From a virus: a DNA stretch of 64,000 nt. The stretch is from positions 32,001-96,000 of the IMG/VR virus record IMGVR_UViG_3300023174_000074. One strand, written 5' to 3'. This document shows, in pieces, positions 1 through 9,409 of this stretch. The notes under the pieces are model-generated. The model had not been told where the DNA came from, ran no database searches, and worked only from the letters and a program-made list of their open reading frames with translations. A program made the position numbers and the translations under genes. Position 1 is the first letter of the stretch. The number at the start of each line of letters is the position of its first letter.

Positions 1-6
1 GCACCT

Positions 7-258
7 ATGGAGAACATACTAGAAAATTATGATTCGTATCGTAGATTCATTTTAGAGGAGACCGAATTAGTACTTAGGGAAAGAAAAAGATATATTCAGA
101 CAAACTCTATAGGCTCTGTAACCAAGCTATTTAATCTTGATCAAATGATCGATTTCTTTTATCTGGAGGAAGAATATGAAATTGTTCAGGAATTAAGCGA
201 ATTAAAGAAGGCAATAATGGTTAAACACTTTTTAAGAGACCCGATAAGTGATATATAG
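7..258 (+). CDS. small hypothetical protein with UVR-like 'EEEYE' helical motif
   Basis: 83 aa ORF; motif similar to ORFs at 9928 and 11601. Confidence 0.55.
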   Translation: MENILENYDSYRRFILEETELVLRERKRYIQTNSIGSVTKLFNLDQMIDFFYLEEEYEIVQELSELKKAIMVKHFLRDPISDI

Positions 259-280
259 CATAAAATAAATTACGCATTAG

Positions 281-1741
281 ATGGAATTAAATCGAATAAT
301 GGACTTTTCGGAGTTTATAAACGAAGCTAGCTCAGTTAAGCCCCATGTTGTGATGCTAATAGGGGGTGGAACAAACGAATTCTCGAGATCTTTTGAAAAA
401 GAGTGCAAAAGAAAAGGGATTCGTGTAAATGTCCTTGATATTGATTCTACTGAGGTTGAAATTGGCGAAAAAGGCCACATAATCAAAGAGGGTAAGCAGG
501 TAGTTAAGATAGATCCAGCATCAACGGTAATTATAGCTAGATCTGGTGTTTTAAAATCGACCCACAACAAGGAGGTTCTTACAAAATTAGAAAATGCTAA
601 ATATTTCGTTGTAAATAGGTTAAAACCTATGGAGGTGTGCGAGAACAAATTCATTACCTGCGACATACTAGAAGCTGCTGGTATACCTGTACCAAAATAC
701 GCATTGGTAACCTCAGAAGATACCATGGAAGATGCGGTTAAAAAGATAGGTGGCAAATTCCCAGTGGTTATGAAGCTTCTTACCGGATCTAAAGGCATAG
801 GTGTATCCATAGTGGATTCATTCAATTCCCTAAAATCGGTTTTCCAAACAATAAGAAAACTTGATGAAACCAGCGAGATTATGATACAGGAAAAGATCGA
901 AGCTAAATACGATTTAAGAATACACGTTCTAATAAAAGATGTAGGTATAAAAGATCCAACCGATGCTGACAATTTTAAAATCATTGGAGCAATGAGAAGA
1001 AATGCGGTAGGAAAAGACTTTAGAACTAATTATTCTCTTGGTGGGACGGTTCAAAAGGTAAAGCTAACCAAAGAAATAGAAGAAGTCGCAATTAAATCAG
1101 CAAGTGTAACAGGGTGTAACTGGAGTGGGGTTGATATAATGATAGACGAAAAAGACGGAACACCATACGTTTTAGAAGTAAATTCTTCGCCAGGAACAGA
1201 GGGTATATCAAAAGCTTTAGGTACCCCTATTGTTAATGATGTTATCGAATTTGTTATGGATAGAGAGAATTGGGTATTACCTAAAACGCAAATAGGATAT
1301 TTGGAAGTGGTGGATATAGAAGGTCTTGGTGAAGTGGTAGGAAAATTTGATACAGGTAACGGAACTTTGTGCTGCTGCCTACATGGTGATAAAATAGAGC
1401 AAAAGGGTAAAATGCTTCATTTTGAAATAGGTCCTAAGAAATTCAACAAAAAAATAATAGGATACACTGATATTTCAGGTGGTATACATACTAAAGGCAC
1501 TAAAAAATACCCAACTATAGAGATGAATTTTAAATTTATGGGAATGGATATTACTGCTGAGGTAGCTGTATTAGACAGAGGACATAAAAGCACACCATTT
1601 TTGGTAAATAGAAAAACTATGTTGCCTATGAATATAATTATAAACCCCGATAATAAATTTATAGTTACTAAAAAACCAGAAGGATATAATCAATATAAGG
1701 CAAAAGGTAAACCCCATTCAGGCATAGAATTTAAAAAATAA
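281..1741 (+). CDS. rimK: RimK-family ATP-grasp ligase fused to C-terminal RimK-associated retropepsin-like protease domain
   Basis: GSKGIGV loop, QEKI, FRTNYSLGG, GVD, LEVNSSPG motifs; C-terminal GKFDTGNG and R.....FLVNR. Confidence 0.85.
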   Translation: MELNRIMDFSEFINEASSVKPHVVMLIGGGTNEFSRSFEKECKRKGIRVNVLDIDSTEVEIGEKGHIIKEGKQVVKIDPASTVIIARSGVLKSTHNKEVLTKLENAKYFVVNRLKPMEVCENKFITCDILEAAGIPVPKYALVTSEDTMEDAVKKIGGKFPVVMKLLTGSKGIGVSIVDSFNSLKSVFQTIRKLDETSEIMIQEKIEAKYDLRIHVLIKDVGIKDPTDADNFKIIGAMRRNAVGKDFRTNYSLGGTVQKVKLTKEIEEVAIKSASVTGCNWSGVDIMIDEKDGTPYVLEVNSSPGTEGISKALGTPIVNDVIEFVMDRENWVLPKTQIGYLEVVDIEGLGEVVGKFDTGNGTLCCCLHGDKIEQKGKMLHFEIGPKKFNKKIIGYTDISGGIHTKGTKKYPTIEMNFKFMGMDITAEVAVLDRGHKSTPFLVNRKTMLPMNIIINPDNKFIVTKKPEGYNQYKAKGKPHSGIEFKK

Positions 1742-1752
1742 ATAAAAACAAT

Positions 1753-1935
1753 ATGAGCAGTCAACAAGAAAAAACGGAAAAGATACAGGTACTTCTATCT
1801 GAGGAGGATTTAACAGATCTTAGTAGAAAAATCGCAAAAAGAGCATTGGCTAAAGGCGATGCACCGGTATCCATATCTCACTATGTTAGAAAACTAATCA
1901 GAAGAGATTTAGGTAAAACTACTGATGAGGACTAA
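1753..1935 (+). CDS. ribbon-helix-helix-like DNA-binding protein
   Basis: KIQVLLSEED...SISHYVRKLI pattern. Confidence 0.55.
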   Translation: MSSQQEKTEKIQVLLSEEDLTDLSRKIAKRALAKGDAPVSISHYVRKLIRRDLGKTTDED

Positions 1936-2213
1936 TCCTTATTAAAGAAGTCTTTAAAAGATAATACCCTGTTTGGTTCGCCTTGCTGGGTATTTTTTTG
2001 TTCCGACCCTTCTTCCTCAGCTTCCCCGCCTTTAGTCTCTGGTTCGATGTCTTCCACTGTTTCCTGTCCAGCCTCTATTTCTGAGTTAGCATCTTCTTCA
2101 TGCTCTATCTCAAGCTGATCCCAAGATCCTTGACCTTCTTCCCTTCCTATTTCGGGATTTAATTGCGAGGCATCCGTAGATATCTCGTCTCCTTGTAATT
2201 GTTCGTCTTCCAT
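1932..2213 (-). CDS. acidic hypothetical protein
   Basis: 93 aa ORF; C-terminal VLSFKDFF motif. Confidence 0.6.
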   Translation of the reverse strand: MEDEQLQGDEISTDASQLNPEIGREEGQGSWDQLEIEHEEDANSEIEAGQETVEDIEPETKGGEAEEEGSEQKNTQQGEPNRVLSFKDFFNKD

Positions 2214-2242
2214 TTAGATATATTTTAGATGATATATATTGT

Positions 2243-2560
2243 ATGAAAAAAATACTGGAATTCTCCGACTACTTGGACGATTTGGATCTTAATCCAGAGG
2301 AACAAGCTGAAATTAGAAATTGGCTAAAGAAATATGAGAAGTATTTCAATTTCCATGATAGCGGGAATTTTATGGATTCTGTTGATCAGATTACCAATGA
2401 TGCACTTAATCAGCTAGGTATAGATAAATCTAAGAAAGATGAGGTTCAAAGTTATATAGAAAGCATATATGACTTGTCTGATGGAATTTCAGTCATAATG
2501 GCACCGAATCCGGAGATTAATTATAATGGTATTGATCAGGTTCAAAGATTTCAGTACTAG
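2243..2560 (+). CDS. hypothetical protein with MKKILEFSDY N-terminal motif (putative virion protein)
   Basis: ORF preceded by GATATATA. Confidence 0.65.
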   Translation: MKKILEFSDYLDDLDLNPEEQAEIRNWLKKYEKYFNFHDSGNFMDSVDQITNDALNQLGIDKSKKDEVQSYIESIYDLSDGISVIMAPNPEINYNGIDQVQRFQY

Positions 2561-2610
2561 CATTTGTGTTTTACATTTTATTGTTCTAAGTAAAGAAAAA
2601 TAGAAATTAT

Positions 2611-2640
2611 AAAAATTCAGATTCATCTGAATTTTTTTTT
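2611..2640 (+). terminator. Rho-independent terminator
   Basis: AATTCAGA-ttca-TCTGAATT followed by T run. Confidence 0.6.
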
Positions 2641-2682
2641 GTTTTCTGACTACAATAGAAATTAACGAATAATTTTTAATAT

Positions 2683-3618
2683 ATGAGGCCTACTAAAGCA
2701 ATATATGTTGATTGGTTTATGCCAAGAAAAAAAAGAGGAGAGATTAGCAAATTCAAAAAACCTTGGGAGATCGCTATGATCATAAGATCAACACATTTCT
2801 GCAAGGAGTATAATAACTTAAGCCCTATTTTATACTGTGATTCTGAGATCTATGAATATTACAAGGAAGTTGGATTAGATAGATGCTTTGACGAAATCAG
2901 ACCTATATTACCAACTATCCCTGACTTTGACCCGTCAATATTTTGGTCGGCTGGAAAATTTATAGCGATAAATGATGTTGATGAAAATTTTCTGATGATA
3001 GATTTGGATGCTGAAGTTAGATTCGAGATTGATTTTTCCAATTGTGATGTTTTCTGTGCTCACGCCGAAGGAATATTAGAAAACGATCTTGTACACTATC
3101 CAGATCCTGGATTAATAGACACGAATGGATACTTTACAAGCAAATATGGATTTAATTGGGATAAAAAAGCTTATAACACTAGTTTACTTTACTTTAAAGA
3201 CCTCCAAATTGCAAAAGAATATGCTACAGAGGCTTTGAATTTCATTCGCGGTACGGACAAAATAAACCCATCATTTGAGATCGCCTACATATTGTTACCA
3301 GAGCAAAGATTTTTGTATGAATTTTGTAAGTATAATCAGCTTAAGGTTTCCCGTCTTATAAGCGGGATATATCAACCGGAAGATAAACTGAGAAAAACTA
3401 AATGCTTTTTTGATAATTCTAATATAGACGAAATAACTGATAGAGGATTCCTCCATGTATGGGGATTCAAGAAAAAAATATTCAATATCGAGGACGAAGA
3501 GCAAGCTCTTTTCGGTAAGCTAATATCTTCTAGACTAAACTTGAAGGATCATATAATAGAATGCGTGATTAAGAACAAAGAATTATATGGGTCCAAAAAT
3601 ATACATCTTGATGATTAG
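2683..3618 (+). CDS. putative GT-A-like/DUF6734-like protein
   Basis: FLMIDLD (DxD), YNTSLLYF, EQRFL, HVWG motifs. Confidence 0.5.
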   Translation: MRPTKAIYVDWFMPRKKRGEISKFKKPWEIAMIIRSTHFCKEYNNLSPILYCDSEIYEYYKEVGLDRCFDEIRPILPTIPDFDPSIFWSAGKFIAINDVDENFLMIDLDAEVRFEIDFSNCDVFCAHAEGILENDLVHYPDPGLIDTNGYFTSKYGFNWDKKAYNTSLLYFKDLQIAKEYATEALNFIRGTDKINPSFEIAYILLPEQRFLYEFCKYNQLKVSRLISGIYQPEDKLRKTKCFFDNSNIDEITDRGFLHVWGFKKKIFNIEDEEQALFGKLISSRLNLKDHIIECVIKNKELYGSKNIHLDD

Positions 3619-3668
3619 ATATATACAAAATGCGGTACTCTCAATATATAAAGATCACCCTTCACTAT

Positions 3669-3760
3669 CACCAGAAGAGGTCAGAAAATATCAGGCGTTG
3701 GCCACAGTTAGCAGAATAAAAGGTTATTTATAATGAGATATTTAAAAACATATCGGGTAT
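3669..3760 (+). repeat. 92-bp direct repeat copy 1 (3' end plus start of LRR gene)
   Basis: near-identical to 4469-4560, offset exactly 800 bp. Confidence 0.9.
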
Positions 3761-4533
3761 TTGAATCTGCACCAACCCTTACTGAAGACCAGTTTGGATG
3801 GCTTAATAGGTGCACACAAGGAAGCTGGAAACTGAATCACACAACTGGACTACTTGATGTGGATGGTTATTTTGGTTGTGACCAACAAGATCTAACGGAT
3901 TTTAAAGGTGTTGCATTTGGTCATGTTAAAGGAAATTTCTATTGTTATAACAATCAGCTTACTAGCCTGGTGGGAGCACCTCAGACCGTTGGTGGGGGTT
4001 TCTATTGTAACAATAATCAGCTCACCAGTCTTGATGGAGCACCTCAGACCGTCAGTAGTTTCTCTTGTGAGAACAATCGCCTCACCAGTCTGAAGGGTGC
4101 ACCTCAGAGCGTTGACGGTGATTTCTATTGTTATAACAATCTCCTCACCAGCCTGGAGGGAGCACCTCGGACCGTTGGCAGGGGTTTCTCTTGTCACGAC
4201 AATCAGCTCACCAGTCTGGAGGGAGCACCTCAGACCGTTGATGGGAGTTTCTTTTGTTACCACAATCTCCTCACCAGTCTGGAGGGAGCACCTCAGACCG
4301 TTGTCTGGAATTTCTCTTGTAACGGTAATCCGGTATCTAAAGAAACATTAGCATCTATTTTTGCACTAATGAAGAAAGGAAAGAGTTATCAGCAAGCTTT
4401 AGAAGAGCACTGGCCTAAGATGGGAAATGATGATAGAGCTCTAATGTATAAGCAAATGCCTAATCTGCCACCAGAAGAGGTCAGGAAGTACCAGGCGTTG
4501 GCCACAGTTAACAGAATGAAAGGTTATTTATAA
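3733..4533 (+). CDS. leucine-rich repeat protein (22-aa LTSLEGAPQTV repeats)
   Basis: about 6-7 tandem 66-bp units encoding N.LTSLEGAPQTV.G.F.C. Confidence 0.85.
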   Translation: MRYLKTYRVFESAPTLTEDQFGWLNRCTQGSWKLNHTTGLLDVDGYFGCDQQDLTDFKGVAFGHVKGNFYCYNNQLTSLVGAPQTVGGGFYCNNNQLTSLDGAPQTVSSFSCENNRLTSLKGAPQSVDGDFYCYNNLLTSLEGAPRTVGRGFSCHDNQLTSLEGAPQTVDGSFFCYHNLLTSLEGAPQTVVWNFSCNGNPVSKETLASIFALMKKGKSYQQALEEHWPKMGNDDRALMYKQMPNLPPEEVRKYQALATVNRMKGYL

Positions 4534-4560
4534 TGAGATATTTAAAAACATATCGGGTAT
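4469..4560 (+). repeat. 92-bp direct repeat copy 2
   Basis: matches 3669-3760. Confidence 0.9.
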
Positions 4561-4615
4561 ATTTATACATCTTCGAAACAAATAGTTTAACGCAATCTAT
4601 AGATACATAATAAAC

Positions 4616-4995
4616 GGGTCATCAAGGTATTGATTGGCAGAGTTCGTTCTTTGAGATGCAGGCAGAGTTAGTATCGGAAACTCTTAAATAACCTATACGA
4701 AGCTTTAAACGGCAAAAAATCAGTTTGGGACGTTATCAACGCGTTTGGTACACCCGTAGCTGAGGTTGAGTTAGCTTACGCTGCATAACCTCCGGAGTCT
4801 CACTTACTCCGTTTAAAAAAATGTGAACACATTACTTCTTAGTGTCAGAAGCAAAATATCATTCAGTTAGTTGAAGAAAAGGAACTGCGTTAACCCAATC
4901 TTATATTTTGTAGAATTAGAAAATTTTACTAAGCCTGTGAATGAGTCCTTTGACTATCTGAGCAAGACGGGGGTTCAATTCCTCCATGATCCACC
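4616..4995 (+). ncRNA. ssrA: tmRNA
   Basis: acceptor stem GGGTCAT/ATGATCC with G3.U wobble, discriminator A then CC; T-arm GGGGG-TTCAATT-CCTCC; tag ORF 4711-4788 GKKSVWDVINAFGTPVAEVELAYAA*. Confidence 0.92.
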
Positions 4996-5002
4996 GACGC
5001 GA

Positions 5003-5053
5003 TTTCGTACTTTAGTTTAGATATATAAACTAAACTAAACTAAAGTACAGAAA
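5003..5053 (+). promoter_or_regulatory. hairpin over translation start with GATATATA late-promoter-like motif in loop
   Basis: TTTCGTACTTTAGTTTAG / CTAAACTAAAGTACAGAAA inverted repeat. Confidence 0.65.
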
Positions 5054-5895
5054 TGGCAAGAAAGGAACACAAATATCACTTTATTTACAAAATAGTAAAT
5101 ATTAAGAGCGGTAAATATTACATAGGTATGCACTCAACTCATAATCCAGATGACGGTTATATGGGTGGGGGAAAAAGAATTACCAATTCAGTAAGAAGAC
5201 ATGGTAAGGAATCTCACACCAAAGAAATTTTGGAATATTTTGATGATAGAGAATCATTAAGACAACGAGAAATTGAATTAGTTAACGAGGAGCTTCTAAA
5301 TGATCCAATGTGTATGAATTTGCAACCAGGTGGCGGCGGAGGAATAAGTAGTCCTGAGCATATGCAAAAATTTTCTAAAGCTGGAACTAAAGCATTTCAG
5401 GAAAAGCTGAAAGATGAGGTGTACAGAAATAAATTTATTGAGAGCACGAAAGAATGTAGGGAAAGGGGACTTGCTAAATACAAAGAATTGATAGAATCAG
5501 GGGTTCTTAAAATGGATTCTTTTAAAGGTAAAACACATACCACTGAAACTATTTCAAAGATGAAAGAATCAAAAAAATTTCATGGCATAGGGAATAAAAA
5601 TTCTCAATTTGGGAAGAAATGGATAAAGAATATAGAAACTATGGAATGTATAAAAATAGATTCATCTGAATATGAAAAATATATAGATTTAGGATGGGAA
5701 AGTGGAAGATTCTCAGATTCAGCTGGATCTACTGCTAAATTGACAGAATCCCAAGTTATTGAAATAAAAAATATGTTATCTGGGAATATTAGGGTATCCG
5801 AGATAGCTAGAATTTTCCAAATATCAATAACAACAATTAGAAAAATAAATCGGGGTGATATCTGGACCCATGTTAATTTAAACAGGTTGAATTAA
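5053..5895 (+). CDS. GIY-YIG homing endonuclease (Seg-like) with NUMOD3 and C-terminal HTH
   Basis: FIYKIVN...YYIGMHST...YMGGG; FKGKTHT; AKLTESQVIEIK. Confidence 0.88.
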   Translation: MARKEHKYHFIYKIVNIKSGKYYIGMHSTHNPDDGYMGGGKRITNSVRRHGKESHTKEILEYFDDRESLRQREIELVNEELLNDPMCMNLQPGGGGGISSPEHMQKFSKAGTKAFQEKLKDEVYRNKFIESTKECRERGLAKYKELIESGVLKMDSFKGKTHTTETISKMKESKKFHGIGNKNSQFGKKWIKNIETMECIKIDSSEYEKYIDLGWESGRFSDSAGSTAKLTESQVIEIKNMLSGNIRVSEIARIFQISITTIRKINRGDIWTHVNLNRLN

Positions 5896-5984
5896 AACAT
5901 AAGATTACTTTAATCGGAAGAATAATTTATGAAACAAATGTGTATAAGTAATATATAATAAACAAATTAAAAAAAAATAAATTT

Positions 5985-6284
5985 ATGCAAATTTTAATTG
6001 TCTTAGCAATTCTATTGGGCTCTTTCTTCATTGGATATTTGTTATTTAAGGGAAAGAAAAAACCAGCAGTAACCGTACCCGAGGTTGTAAAAGAAGAATC
6101 ACAAGTAACAGTAGAAACCCACACTATATCTACATCAGAATTAGAAAATCCGGAATCTGAAAAAAAGCAGCCAAAATTAAAAGCTGTAAAGAAGGCTAAG
6201 ACAAAATCGGTTAAAAAAGAGATTGTAGTTAAAAAAGAAAAAAAGTCAAAGGATAAAGAAAATGATATGCTTCTTTTAAGTTAA
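5985..6284 (+). CDS. membrane-anchored hypothetical protein, Lys-rich tail
   Basis: N-terminal hydrophobic helix. Confidence 0.65.
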   Translation: MQILIVLAILLGSFFIGYLLFKGKKKPAVTVPEVVKEESQVTVETHTISTSELENPESEKKQPKLKAVKKAKTKSVKKEIVVKKEKKSKDKENDMLLLS

Positions 6285-6303
6285 CAGATAAAGAAACTAT
6301 ATT

Positions 6304-6336
6304 AAAAATCCTGCTAACTTTTAGCAGGATTTTTTT
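6304..6336 (+). terminator. Rho-independent terminator
   Basis: AATCCTGCTAA/TTAGCAGGATT plus T run. Confidence 0.75.
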
Positions 6337-6345
6337 ATGATAAAT

Positions 6346-6376
6346 TTTTTTTAACCGGAATCTTAATATAGATTTG
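6346..6376 (+). promoter_or_regulatory. putative early promoter Tn-CCG-N11-TAnnTTTG
   Basis: Bacteroidota -7 box TAGATTTG; same architecture at 6 loci. Confidence 0.7.
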
Positions 6377-6412
6377 TATAAAATAAAAATTGTACTAACT
6401 ATTAAAAAAGAA

Positions 6413-6808
6413 ATGGACAACAGAATTCACACATTAAGAAGGGCTACACAGAAAATGGGTATTAAATTTTCCCGTATGTTAAATCCGCGGGACAATTCAA
6501 AAATGGATCAAAGCGAAAGAAAAGCATCATATATTTTTAGAAAATTGTTAAACGATCCCGAATCGGAGCTTCTTATTTTTGGAAATTATTACATCAGGTC
6601 ACACGACAAGTCGATGCTTTTGGTTTTAGGCAACGGACAGATCTCTATAGTTGGATACAGCGTTCGGCTTTCACAAAAAACTGAAAATGTATTAGCAAAC
6701 ACATTCATTGAAGAGGTTGAAAAAAGGAAAAATCAAATGGAAACCGAAGATAATAATAATGTTCAACACAGCCTTAAGACGATAATAAAAAAGCTAAATG
6801 AAAAATAA
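6413..6808 (+). CDS. hypothetical protein
   Basis: ORF, ATG start chosen after promoter. Confidence 0.6.
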   Translation: MDNRIHTLRRATQKMGIKFSRMLNPRDNSKMDQSERKASYIFRKLLNDPESELLIFGNYYIRSHDKSMLLVLGNGQISIVGYSVRLSQKTENVLANTFIEEVEKRKNQMETEDNNNVQHSLKTIIKKLNEK

Positions 6809-7100
6809 TAAATTTAATGCGATATTCTGGGTTGGTGTAATTCCCATTATATTTAGCCTCATAATCATAACATCGGGTATATTATACTCTGCTTTCGGAA
6901 CAAAACAGAATCACTCAGTAACAGAAATCACTTCTGCAAAACAGGATCAGCATAAGCCGGAAAAAGTTTATATTCATGACACCGTATATGTAAAAGTACC
7001 CCAGGTTTGTCATAAAGAACACGTTGAAAATAAGCCAGTAACATCAGGGCAAACAAAAGATGTTACCGACACTAATGATGCGGGCAATTCAACCAATTAA
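6798..7100 (+). CDS. membrane protein
   Basis: N-terminal TM helix; IHDTVYV motif. Confidence 0.6.
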   Translation: MKNNKFNAIFWVGVIPIIFSLIIITSGILYSAFGTKQNHSVTEITSAKQDQHKPEKVYIHDTVYVKVPQVCHKEHVENKPVTSGQTKDVTDTNDAGNSTN

Positions 7101-7117
7101 AATAAAGCTAGTAACTA

Positions 7118-7777
7118 ATGCCAACCTTAGTATTCATATCAGATACCCACACTAAGCACTATGAAATAGACAGCCAACTCAAAGAAATCCACCAAAATCA
7201 CCCCGATGCTATATTGGTTCATGCAGGTGATATTTCATACAGGGGGAGAGTTTGGGAAGTTGAAGAATTTATCGAGTGGTATGCAAGTTTACCATTTAAG
7301 AATAAAATCATGATCGCAGGAAATCATGATTTTTTATTTGAGACTGAACCTGATAAATACAAAGAAATTATCGATAGACTAGGTCAAGATATAATATATT
7401 TAGAAGATAGCGGGATAGAGCTAGAGGGTTTAAAATTTTGGGGTAGTCCAGTAACACCATGGTTTCATAATTGGGCATTTAATAGAGTTGCCGAGAAAAT
7501 AAATGCACATTGGAATCTTATTCCTAATGACATTAATGTTCTAATAACTCATGGCCCGCCATATCTAACACTCGATGCTACTAAAAGTGGGCTTAGAGTC
7601 GGATGTCGCAGTTTATCTGAAAAAATAAAGGATCTCACTGATTTAAAAATCCACGTTTTTGGACACATCCACGAGGCTTCAGGTATAGTTGAAAAGAATG
7701 GTGTAACATACATAAATGCAAGCATACTAGATCTTTACTACGAGGTAAGAAATTCTCCAGTAATTTTAAGCATATAG
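7118..7777 (+). CDS. calcineurin-like metallophosphoesterase
   Basis: SDTH, HAGD, AGNHD, THGPP, GHIHE motifs. Confidence 0.9.
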   Translation: MPTLVFISDTHTKHYEIDSQLKEIHQNHPDAILVHAGDISYRGRVWEVEEFIEWYASLPFKNKIMIAGNHDFLFETEPDKYKEIIDRLGQDIIYLEDSGIELEGLKFWGSPVTPWFHNWAFNRVAEKINAHWNLIPNDINVLITHGPPYLTLDATKSGLRVGCRSLSEKIKDLTDLKIHVFGHIHEASGIVEKNGVTYINASILDLYYEVRNSPVILSI

Positions 7778-7823
7778 TGAAATTTATTTAATGAACTATT
7801 CTAGAACTATTATAACTTAAGTC

Positions 7824-8618
7824 ATGGCAGGCATAAAAACTTTTTATAAACCAGGAGAAGCAATTAAATGGACCAAGGAGGAACTATTTAATCACGGATA
7901 TGTTGTTAAAACAGAAAGGTGGCAGGGAATAGAATCACCTGATGATATGTGGGAAACAATGAATCATTCATTTCAGTTTTTTATGCCACACACAATAGAA
8001 GAGTTGGCAACTGAGATTAGACCCAATCTTCCTTGGGCAGATGAACATTTTGAGGAAAGAGTTGGCGGACAACCTTTGAATCCCCCGCCTTCTCATGTTA
8101 GATGGCCTTTTGCCCAGAAGAACAATTCTCAATTTGGTGGTCATGAACAATTTTCGCACACATACCCAGAAAGAATCTGGTCTAGGTTTGCTGGTGATAA
8201 ATTCGAACATATAGATGAACCACGCAAAGGGATCAGATACGAATATGGTGATTTTGGAGATGTGCTGGATCTGATGGAAAGGGAACCTTTCACAAGACAA
8301 GCATTTTTACCAATTTGGTTTCCTGAAGATACAGGAACAGTTCACGGAGAACGTGTACCTTGTACCTTGGGATATCAGTTTATTAGAAGAGGCAATTGGC
8401 TTCATGTGACATATTACATAAGATCGTGTGATTATATAAGACACTTTAGAGACGATGTTTATATGGCATGCAGAAAGCTTATGTGGTTGTTAGACAACCT
8501 AAAACAAAGGGATCCAGAAAGGTGGTCTGATGTTACCCCGGGATACTTTGTTATGCACATAACATCTTTACATTGTTTTAATAGCGAAAGGGGCATATTG
8601 AAACAGTCTAAGATGTAA
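7824..8618 (+). CDS. thymidylate synthase-like protein, probable dCMP-modifying enzyme
   Basis: VPCT catalytic Cys, RSCD motif, Asp at ThyA Asn177 position, SLH. Confidence 0.75.
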   Translation: MAGIKTFYKPGEAIKWTKEELFNHGYVVKTERWQGIESPDDMWETMNHSFQFFMPHTIEELATEIRPNLPWADEHFEERVGGQPLNPPPSHVRWPFAQKNNSQFGGHEQFSHTYPERIWSRFAGDKFEHIDEPRKGIRYEYGDFGDVLDLMEREPFTRQAFLPIWFPEDTGTVHGERVPCTLGYQFIRRGNWLHVTYYIRSCDYIRHFRDDVYMACRKLMWLLDNLKQRDPERWSDVTPGYFVMHITSLHCFNSERGILKQSKM

Positions 8619-8815
8619 AAAAATAACTAAATTCACTATGAACAAGGAACTACAAATTGCAAAAACTTATGAAGATCTTAAAAACTTTATCATTAAGATC
8701 TCACACGAAACACCAAATAATATAGAACTGGGTGATAAAATTAGAGAAATATCAAATTATCTGAAGGAAAACAAGTCTTCAGATATCAAAGAACCCAATA
8801 ATAACTCAATTTAAT

Positions 8816-9100
8816 ATGGAAAACGCAGAAAATAAAAAATCGGAATTAATTGGATTTAAAGCTCCAAACAAAGAAATGCTTAAGTATTATGGTGATCTTT
8901 ACGAGAGAAATCAAGCCAAATGGATACGTAGATCTTCTTTAGAGGCTGAACATCTCGGTTCCGAATTCCAGTTCGAAGGTAAAGATATGAAGTTAATGGG
9001 AACTATAGATGCTGTGCTAATGCTTGTAAAAGACTCTGATGATAATTACTATCGTATGAATTGTAACACCATATCAGAAATAGTAACGGGGAAAAGATAA
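8816..9100 (+). CDS. hypothetical protein
   Basis: ORF in operon. Confidence 0.6.
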   Translation: MENAENKKSELIGFKAPNKEMLKYYGDLYERNQAKWIRRSSLEAEHLGSEFQFEGKDMKLMGTIDAVLMLVKDSDDNYYRMNCNTISEIVTGKR

Positions 9101-9324
9101 TGGTCGAGTTCTACGTAAAAACACAGGATCCTAAATCACACATAGAAGCTTGTTCTTTAATCAATTACTTTAACTGTAAAATAATAACCGATAGAGTTTG
9201 TGAAAAGAATGAGTCTTTTTATGGTGTTTTTTACGTTAGCACCACAGAAGAAGCATTTGAGGTATTTAGCGAAATCTCCATTGGAATAACCGTACAATAT
9301 CCTAAGGGAAAAACCCTACGATAA
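9100..9324 (+). CDS. hypothetical protein
   Basis: TAATG-coupled ORF. Confidence 0.55.
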   Translation: MVEFYVKTQDPKSHIEACSLINYFNCKIITDRVCEKNESFYGVFYVSTTEEAFEVFSEISIGITVQYPKGKTLR

Positions 9325-9409
9325 TTTACAAAAATCTTTAAATACTTAAATTCTTCCGGATATATAATTAGCCATTTTTTGAAAATCTGGTAAAATTAAC
9401 CAAAAGACC

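Noticed and set aside
277-984. Antisense ORFs in the track (e.g. 277-984, 21830-22267, 41137-41490, 43686-44027)
   Set aside because: They shadow well-supported genes on the opposite strand.
3890-4330. LRR repeats as a CRISPR array or DGR template/variable region
   Set aside because: They are in-frame coding repeats, and no reverse transcriptase or adenine-specific TR/VR pair is visible.
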